From NCBI RefSeq assembly GCF_006345805.1, contig NC_042998.1, positions 118,792,001-118,856,000 of the forward strand: a DNA stretch of 64,000 nt, in the 5' to 3' direction. Origin of the DNA: Octopus sinensis. Lineage: Eukaryota. A program made the position numbers and the translations under genes. The notes under the pieces were generated by a model. That model was given only the letters and a program-made list of their open reading frames with translations, made no database searches and was not told where the DNA came from. Shown here piece by piece: positions 54,338 to 64,000 of the stretch; positions within the stretch are counted from its first letter, which is position 1, and each line of letters starts with the position of its first letter.

Positions 54338-56220
54338 CACACATATACACATCATACATATACATACCACACACACACACATCACACACACACCACACAC
54401 ACACACCACACACACACACACACCAAACACACACATATATACATACAATACACATATACAGCATATATATAATACACATACACAATATATACATATAACA
54501 TATATACACTATATATACATATAATATATATAGACAATGCATATACATATATACATATACATACACACAATGTATACATACACATACATACACATACCAC
54601 ATATACACAATATACATATAACATATATACACTATATATACATATAATATATATAGACAATGCATATACATATATACATATACATACACACAATGTATAC
54701 ATACACATACATACACATACCACATATACACACAATATACATACATACAATGTATATATATATATATATACATACATATAACATATATACACACAACATA
54801 CACATACACAATGTATACATATATATACATATAATGTATATACATGTATACATATATATACAACACACATAGAATATACATATATACTATGCATATATAT
54901 ACATACATATACACATAATGTACATATACAACACACATACTTATAATATACATATACACAATGCACATACATATAATGCACATATATATATACATATATA
55001 TGTAATGCACACACACATAATATACATACATATAACGTACACATACATATACATATACATACCACACACATACACACACAATGCATTCAAATATACACAT
55101 ATACAATGCATACATATATATATATATACAATACACATATATATACATATATATATAACATATATACACATATAAATACATACTTACACACATGATGCAT
55201 ACACATATACACACACACACACAACGCACACATATACACATACACAACATATACATACATACATAACATACATATGTATAATGTATGCGTGTGCGCGTTG
55301 TGTATGTGTGTGGTCAATGTCTGCTAGTGTGCTGCATGTGTGCTGATGCGTGTATGTGTTTGTTTGCATGATACGGTGCGAGTGTGCGTGTGCCTTTGTG
55401 TGTTTGTTTTGGATGTGTGCCTGGGGGTTATGTTAGAGTATGTTTAGTTGTGGTATGTATTTTTGAATAAGATTATTTTCCCTATTTATTCTGGTTTGGT
55501 CTGTGGTGTTGTCCGGGCATTGGTATAGTGGGAAGACTAAGAATTTAGGGGACTTATTGTGTGCACAGAGGTCTAAATGTCCACTTAGTGGTATCTGTCT
55601 TGTGGAGGTGCCCCACTGTTGTTGACGGTGAACTGTCATTCATGTGTGTGTGTATGTGTATGCATTATGTGTATGTATGTATTTATATATGTATATATGT
55701 TATATATATGTATATATATGTGTATTGTATATATATATATATATATATGTATGCATTGTATATGTGTATATGTGAATGCATTGTGTGTGGTATGTATATG
55801 TATATGTATATATACGTTATATGTATGTATATTATGTGTGTGTGTGTGCATTATATATATATATGTGCATTATATGTATGTGCATTGTGTATATGTATAT
55901 TATATGTATGTGTGTTGTATATATATGTATACATGTATATACATTATATGTATATATATGTATACATTGTGTATGTGTATGTTGTGTGTATATATGTTAT
56001 ATGTATGTGTATATATATACATTGTATGTATATTGTGTGTATATGTGGTATGTGTATGTATGTGTATGTATATATGTGTGTGTTGTGTATGTGTGTGTTA
56101 TATGTATGTGTATGTTGTGTGTGTGTGTGTGTTATATATGTATATTATATATATATATATGTTATATATGTGTGTTGTGTGTGTGTGTATAATAGACATT
56201 AACCACACACATACAAACAC
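54040..56220. repeat. Inverted pair of complex CA/TA microsatellite arrays
   Basis: About 54040-55225 (minus) and 55645-56220 (plus) share the same irregular pattern and the anchor TAATAGACATTAACCACACACATAC. Confidence 0.75.
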
Positions 56221-57311
56221 ACACAAACGGGGACACATATACACACATCATCCTACCCCAAAAAATTCTTTAAACAACACACATCTAGTTACACCATCCT
56301 GGAACCAATCAAAAACAGCCCCCCACACACACACAAACACATGTATACATATATATGCACACACACAAGGACACACACTCACACCAATCTCACCTCCACA
56401 CAGACACACATATCAACACGCAGCACCATGCCAAATGCCATCCACACACATACATACATACACACAAACACAACACCAAGACAACCACACACGTGGTTGA
56501 CAAACAGACACACCATCCTACCAGATCTAACAGACACACAGACACATCTATTCACACCACATATGTATGTATGCACACACACACACACACAAAGACACAC
56601 ACACTCACCCCATCCTGACCCAAAAATCATTGATGCTTGAAGGAGAGACAAAAAAAGAAAAAAAAAGTACATTCTTTTCAGTTCCACAATTCTCCTCCTA
56701 AAACGGACTGGTCAGTTTTAGCTTCACCACTATTATAATGTAAATCTTTTTGAACTCATAATGTTCTGTATGTGTATACTGAACTTTTCTAATAATTCCT
56801 CCTGGAAATTACCTTGAGATGTATAATATATTTGTTTTAATCTCTTCTGCCCATTATTTCAATGAGCTTGTTAAACTATTTTATATTCTCAACATACTCT
56901 TGTCACCAAAGAATGTATATTTATATGGATTATAGTACTCTGTGTCAACCAATATTCTGTGCATGTTTGAATATACAGATACAATACCAATATCAATTCC
57001 TTCTGGAAACTATCTTAAGTATGTCCTTGAGAACGATTATTTATGTAGTAATCTTTTGTGCCCAATATTTTAAGGAACTTGTTGAACTTTTTTATGTCCT
57101 TAACATGTCCCTGTTACCAAAGACTGTATATATGTAATGTAGCAATTTGCAACAACCAATAATTAACGCAACCAAACTTCTACATGTTACTTTTGACAAT
57201 CTTTTTCCAAGGAGTGAAACCGGTAAAGTAAATAAACATCTTTTAAATTGCATTTTCAAACCTTCTTTCGTATATAATTCCACTCGTGCGGTACCCCACA
57301 ACTCCACATTG

Positions 57312-57392
<81 letters not shown>

Positions 57393-57529
57393 GGCAGACA
57401 AACAGATAGACAGAGACAGAGACAGAGAGAGAGAGAAAGAGAGAATGTGCGTGTTATTTCTCTTCCTCATAGCATAGAATTTATTGCACTGTTTCACCTA
57501 CTTGTGATATATTTGGCCGACTCAGATTT

Positions 57530-57990
57530 CAAATGTTTCCACCCTGATTCTACCGTGTACATACGTGTTTCGGTTTTCGTAAGTCTTGGATATCGATTGT
57601 CTTAGCCCGTTCCATTCCATTGTCAACTAATGATGCTGGGTGCTGTTTTCCGAGAAGAATTGCCTTTAGTTCTTGGAGTCTTTTATTTCGCGTTCTATAA
57701 TTTGAGACAATTGTACAGATTCTTCTCGCTAGATTGAAGGGGATGTTTGTCTACGTGTACTTTGGGTGATTGGAGGTGAGCATGAGGCATTGTTTGGAAT
57801 CAGTTGGTTTGTAGTGGATATCAGTTTCACTGTTGATGCCTTTTTTTAATAATAAGAATGTCTAGAAATGGAAGTTGGTCTTGACTATATTCCATTGTAA
57901 ATTGGATATGGTTGTTGACACTGTTGATTAAATTTTTGAATTCATTGAGTTGGTCAAATGTGTGAAAGCAGGAGCATACAACAGACTGTT
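57530..57990 (-). mobile_element. Penelope-like element RT C-terminal remnant
   Basis: IQFTMEYSQDQLPFLDILIIKK...TDIHYKPTDSKQCL...SNHPK...NIPFNLARR. Confidence 0.85.
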
Positions 57991-58810
57991 ACTCAATTAA
58001 AAATACACTTAAAAACATCTGGATTGAAATCTCACAGTACACAAGTTTGCTTTCTGGATTTTCATAAAAAATGGTAAAGCAGACCTTTATGAAAAGTGGC
58101 TCAACTTCACCCCAATCATCCTTCCCAAAAACCTCAAAATAAAGCCCATCCGAAATGAACTAGAAAACCAACAAAAACTCAAGGAGAAATTGACTTTAGA
58201 AAAATTCAAAGCAGAAATAGAATTGCTACGGCTAAGAGCCAATTCCAACGAAGAAAAATTCAAGAAACTTGATAACGAAGTGCAAATTGAAATTTCAAAA
58301 TGCTGTGAAGGTGCACTCTTTTACAGAACTACCAAACTTTAGAGAAAAGAAAACTGTGAACTAACATCCCTCCAACGATGGGGATAAATACCACCTGGTT
58401 CACCAATTACGAAATGGAGTTTATAAACGAACATCATGCAAGCAATCCATATTTGAAATAAATAATTTAAACTCACACACCTCACATACCAATCGCAAAA
58501 TATCAAATACTCACGATTCCAAACTTTGGCGTAGAACAGTTGTGGTCATCATTGACAGATATGGACGACTGAACAACTTAAAATCTTCAATTTGCCATTT
58601 ACTTCAATTTACTTACAGAAGAACCATATAATACATACATGCAAAGAAATTTAAACTTTAAAGTTTTGAACATATCATTATATCAGTAAAAGTATGAATT
58701 ACCACTGCCCGACTAACAATCTACAGCCGACACAGGAGCCAACATGAGACACAACATAGAAACAAGAAATCGAAACACTAACCCCTACTAACAACTTAAA
58801 CGTCCTTTAC
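57990..58810 (+). mobile_element. Possible LINE 5' coding remnant
   Basis: Coiled-coil-like frame KWLNFTPIILPKNLKIKPIRNELENQQKLKEKLTLEKFKAEIELLRLRA with stops. Family not assignable. Confidence 0.3.
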
Positions 58811-59042
58811 GATATATTTTGTGTCTTTGTGCTGTTGTGTGTATTGTTAATGAAAGAGAAGATAATTATGTGTAATTTTAGTTGGTACGTTGGTGGTTAC
58901 ACGCTATACTATACGTTATCATATAGGTTAGAGATAAACATACTTGTAATCATGGTCATAAAAGGTTTCGATTGTATGCAAATTCTCAATATCTATGCAT
59001 AACGTGTGTATATCATTATATTTCTGGTGCATTATATTCATG

Positions 59043-59160
<118 letters not shown>

Positions 59161-59304
59161 ATGTATGTATGTATGTACATATAAAAAATACAAACTGGGA
59201 CAAGAACGCAAAACATTTAGAAGACGATACAAAAAAACACGGACGGGACATTCGAAGCCTTCAATCTTCAGTCAAGAACCGGATCATCCTCGCAATTTCG
59301 GCTG

Positions 59305-59357
<53 letters not shown>

Positions 59358-59399
59358 GTGGGTGTGTGTGTGTGTGTGTGTTCAGATTTATACATATAT

Positions 59400-59635
59400 T
59401 CTTTTATTCTTTTACTTGTTTCAGTCATTTGATTCTGGTCATGCCGGAGCACCGCCTTTAGTCGAAAACATCGACCTCTAGACTTATTTTTTATAAGCCT
59501 AGTACTTATTCTATCGGTATCTTTTGCCGAAACGCTACGTTACGGAGACATAAACACACCAGCATTAGTTTTCATGCGATTGTGAGGGAACAAACATTAG
59601 ACACACAAATACATACATACATGCATACATTCATA

Positions 59636-59677
<42 letters not shown>

Positions 59678-59679
59678 CG

Positions 59680-59723
<44 letters not shown>

Positions 59724-59872
59724 ACAGGCTAATTTGAATTTCCGTCTACAAAATCCACTCACAAGGCTTTGGTCGGCCCGAAGCTATAGTAGAAGACACT
59801 TGCCTAAGGTGCCACGCAGCAGGACTGGATCCGGAACTATGTGGTTGGTAAGTAAGCTTCTTAACACACATG
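59400..59872 (-). mobile_element. SINE family A, full structure with (CA)n core
   Basis: Tail, microsatellite and head all present in reverse complement. Confidence 0.88.
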
Positions 59873-60152
59873 GAACTAAGTAACAGTTTGTAAAGTGTTA
59901 TTCGGCTTTAACAGAATAAATTATAAATAAATAAATACAGACGCACACGCACAAACACATACACATGTGTATGCGTGTGCGCACGCGCGTGTATGTGTGT
60001 GTACGCGTGCACATATGTGTGTGTGTATGTGTGTTTAAAACAAGCATAAATTTATAGAAATACTCACAAACACTCACACATATATAACATATATTTGTGT
60101 GCAAGTATGGAAGAGAGTGTACGAAAATCAACCAAATTTTACGTAGAAAATG

Positions 60153-61656
60153 TGCTTAATATAAATATACGAATGTGTACACTTGTAACTAAATCGAACA
60201 ATTATACATAAACACAAACATATATCTATATATGTGTGTATTTGCATATAACTATATATGCACAAATATATACATATACTTGTATATATATGCGTATATA
60301 GTGTGTGTCTTTTTGTGTGTATGTGTGTGTGGGGGGGGCTGTGTGTGTGCAATAACTAGCTGCATAAACGTTAGATGTACATAGATCAAATTTCCTGTAA
60401 TTAAGTATATGTGTTTCTGTCTTCCGATTTAGATAGAGTACATTTATAACCTAGATATCGTTGACTCACGAATCTTTAAATATTATATGACAAATGAAAT
60501 GCTATGAACATTAATTGAACTTAATTGCATAAAATTACATTTGTTGTTATGTTATCTGTTTGGAAGTCTCCCCAAGTTTGAAATTATTGTACATAATCAA
60601 ATTAGATATAGTTCTCTTTGAAATTCTACCGAGCATTGTGAATTGTAAAATTTATGTTAGTATTTATGATTTCCATAGACGCCAATTACTCATGATACAA
60701 GCAGACCAGTCGATCTTTTATTTGCTTCATTTACATGCTGTCAATAAAGACTTCAGAATGTCTCTTCTGGAATATAAATACAAAATAAACGCAGATTTCT
60801 ATAACTCAAACTAAAAAGAAAGAATTCAAATTCGAAATCCTTGAAAATAGATAAATGAAATATTACTATTAACTTTACAAAACGTCGCCATTAGGGGACA
60901 TCTTGTTAATGTATATTTTCGAATAGTAATTAGCATATCCACCGTAAATTGTATCTGTTATCTAGATCAGGGCTTCTCAAACTATCTGATGTAGCGTACC
61001 GGCAGTTTTTTTTTTCTAATGTGCCAGGGACCAGTAATATTTCTTAGTAATATTAATTTGTACCGGAAACATGAATGTAATAAAAGTTGACCATTTTAAA
61101 AATCTTTTGTTTATTTTGTAAGCAAATAATACAATATTACATAAACATTTTAAAATCATTTTATAATGTTTCTTCCTTTTCTGGAAACTTGTCATGTACC
61201 GGTAGCTGATGGCTCGCGGGCCAGCACCGGTCCGCGGACCACCACTTTGAGTAGCACTGGTCTGGAAAATTTTACACTGCTACTAACGTCTAGAGATACT
61301 TTCTCATATTTATGCAATTAAGTTCAATTAATGTTCATAGCATTTCATTTGTGATAAAATATTTAAAGATTCGAGAGTCAACGATATATAGGTTATAAAT
61401 GTACTCCATCTAAATCGGAAGACAGAAACACATACTCAGTTACAGGAAATTTGATCTATGTACATCTAATGCTTATGCAGCTAGTTATTGCGAGCACACA
61501 CACACACGTATATACGCATATGTGTGCATATATATGTATATATTTGTGCATATATAGTTATATACAAATACACATATATATAGATATATGTTTGTGCTTA
61601 TGTATAATTGTTCGATTTAGTTACATGTGTACACATGCGTATATTTATATTAAGCA
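60153..61656. repeat. Inverted repeat pair, about 350-380-bp arms (60153-60533 and 61309-61656)
   Basis: For example, GATCAAATTTCCTGTAA...GTGTTTCTGTCTTCCGATTTAGAT matches the reverse complement at 61408-61455. Confidence 0.92.
60968..61259. mobile_element. hAT (Charlie-like) MITE
   Basis: TIRs CAGGGCTTCTCAAACT / ACTTTGAGTAGCACTG. Degenerate 8-bp TSD ATCTAGAT / GTCTGGAA fits the NTCTAGAN preference. Confidence 0.8.
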
Positions 61657-64000
61657 AGCTCTTTAAGCACTGACTATATCATCTGATGAAATGATTGTCT
61701 TCACCGATGGACGGCATTGCTGTTTTATGTGATTTTACCATTTCTGAACATCAGCGGCAGCCCAGCCTTACAACGAATACAAGAAAGAAAATCAGTCCAG
61801 CCGCTATAGTATAATTATGACCAAAAGCACGTTCGACAACATGAGATGGTATCTCTGAACGTTAATAGCAGTTTTAGGCGATTTAGACAGCACATCCAAT
61901 TTACGTTGGATGTGCTAATTATTATTCGTTACAAATTTTGCTGCTGCCACTAACAGCAGGTATATTTTCCATAAACTGACAATAGGTCTACCTTATGTCT
62001 GTGACTCATACACCGAAAGCTCGCTGACATGGTGACAGATATCACAATTTTATAAATTGGTAGACTGACTGAGGAAATCTAAAATCAGCAAGCAAACCAT
62101 AGTTTTATATGTAACAAATGTTTCCTTAGATTACTCTGTCTAGATTAAATGTCTCTACATAACCCATAGTGAAGCGGTACTGCTTAATACCTTTAAGATT
62201 GTAATCTTAAATCAGGTTTTCAGAGATGTTTAATCATATTCCAAAACTAAGTGTTATACAATTATCAGTCTTGAATGTCAAGTACAGTACTAAATATCAC
62301 AAGACATGTTGTCTGCCACACTACCGAATCGACTGTGCAATCTACTGCCCTGCACAGAATATCAACATGCTCGAATTACCGTAATGGTTTGCAATTCAAT
62401 ATTTGGGATGTATACAAATGCAACATAGGTGTTAGTGTAGTAGTATGCGGTATATTGCTTGATGATGGTGCTATCGAAACGTTTCTAATTCCATTATGAA
62501 CTGCAGTTTCAATTCTTTTCCCCGGAATTTATTTGTTTCGCCTGGTTTCACATTTGAGTAGGAATATTGTCAACTACTTGACAATGAATGAAAAATTGCT
62601 ACCCTTGGTTTTGATAAGGTTTTTTTAACTACTCTTGAAAAATGTTACGACATCAGCAGACTACTACATAATTACTGCTAGATTTCTATTCTTTAGAGAA
62701 GCTATTTAGCATGTTTTGCTTTTCTAATCTTTTTTTGGAATAGATAAAACTATCATTATTACTAAATATGCTTGATCCTTGCAGAGCTTTTAGATGTTGA
62801 AGATAACACCTATATTAATGTTATTGAAAGAGAATCTATTTATATTCTGATCACTTGTTGGAAGTAGACCCTGACAAAAAGGGCTTCTCCCTTTGCCAGA
62901 GCTCTAGGACTTACGTTAAATATTTCTTTGGATGATAGTTCAAAGAGTTTTTAACTGTTATAGTAAACGTGGCTACAATATTTTCTATTTTTATTGCAAT
63001 ATAATTTATTGACTCATTTACATAAGATGTTGATATTGCTTATCTCATGCTATTTCTGATCACTTCAATCTCAAACCAAATGGATTCTATCAGTGACCAG
63101 CATGCCTTTTAGGGAGTGTCTGTGACTACATTACCTAATGTACTTTTCCTGTTTTATAGTGATATGAAAATAATTAGATGAAAGTTGGTTGCTATTTCTA
63201 GCAGGTCAGGTAACCATGCAGAGCCTCCCTTGAGTGTTCTCAAAAGTCGTCAGCCCCACCGGCATGTAATGCGCAACCTGATCCCAAAGATTGCTAATTT
63301 CTATAGAGTCGTAAACTGATATCCCCCACGCCCTATTGAATCAGTCACCTGGCATTCAATTTATAATGACCTATTCTATAATCAATAATGTTTTATTTCA
63401 AATAGACTGAGAAACGTCAGTTCCGTTCATTGTATATGTTTGTATGAAATTCAATGAGAAGAAAATAAATCACTAATACTATGACAGCTGATGGAGCCGA
63501 TGTTGAATTCGCTATGAATATACTTTACCGAATTGAATTGTAATTTTAAATCTACGATGAGTAGAGTTCGAAACTTTTCTTATATCAGTTCCTTTGTCAC
63601 ATAATGCAACTATATCAAGAATGTACATTCACAGACAATAAGGCATTTTACTTATAGTAAATCGTATATGTCAGAAACGTCAGCTTTCTGGAAATGCATG
63701 TATAGTCTACGGAAATCGACATATATCTTCTAAAGCATAAAAGAGAATCTAATTATTTCTACAAAACTATTTTCCTTCGTTTTACGGAACCTAAGATGAA
63801 TTAAAGTCAATGTAATTATAGTTAGGATATCTTCATCATTGATTCTTCACAAACCTAAAGTACATATGTAGTATTTATTTAGTAATCTCAGCGGATGAAA
63901 GTAGAAGATGAAAGTAAATTTATATTCAGAAGTGTAATGCATGTATTTTGGTAATTTACCGCTCCTAGCCTACCATCGCTTTTCCCTAGCAGAGTAATCT

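Noticed and set aside
54078-56500. ORFs of 200-392 aa rich in Y/I/C/V/M or H/T
   Set aside because: CA/TA dinucleotide repeats lack stop codons; these are not genes.
56780-57120. Possible RTE-type endonuclease remnant on minus; similar faint LINE/PLE traces at 11700-12200, 40100-40300 and 47300-47900
   Set aside because: No diagnostic motif could be read with confidence.
61889-61916. 11-bp hairpin AGCACATCCAA/TTGGATGTGCT and a weak piggyBac-like peptide nearby
   Set aside because: Too short or too weak to distinguish from chance.
62455-62490. TTGATGATGG...ATCGAAACGTT hammerhead-like string
   Set aside because: Core C is mutated and no stem I forms.

Overview
AT-rich, microsatellite-saturated eukaryotic DNA. 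The two tRNA-headed SINE families look like the abundant Octopus (cephalopod) SINEs; this assignment is from memory and was not searched. I can support no intact host gene. Nearly all long ORFs in the track are translated microsatellites, and every recognisable coding signal is a transposon remnant. These are: R4/Dong-type RLE non-LTR retrotransposons in (TAA)n tracts (1-3.6 kb, 35.9-36.7 kb, 38.5-39.6 kb); CR1/Jockey-type LINE pieces; a Penelope-like RT fragment with hammerhead-like terminal motifs; a degenerate full-length Tc1 with TIRs; a DUF4817-type mariner remnant; an internally deleted hAT with a perfect 8-bp TSD; a hAT MITE; a canonical non-autonomous Helitron; and a Ty3/Gypsy element with 4-bp TSD whose interior is inverted relative to its LTR and PBS. 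The most unusual property is the density of fold-back DNA: two perfect palindromes (6.6 and 22.2 kb), a spacer-less 300-bp fold-back (22.6 kb), four long inverted-repeat pairs (three enclosing hAT sequence), and a Dong element cut into two oppositely oriented halves with no base lost.
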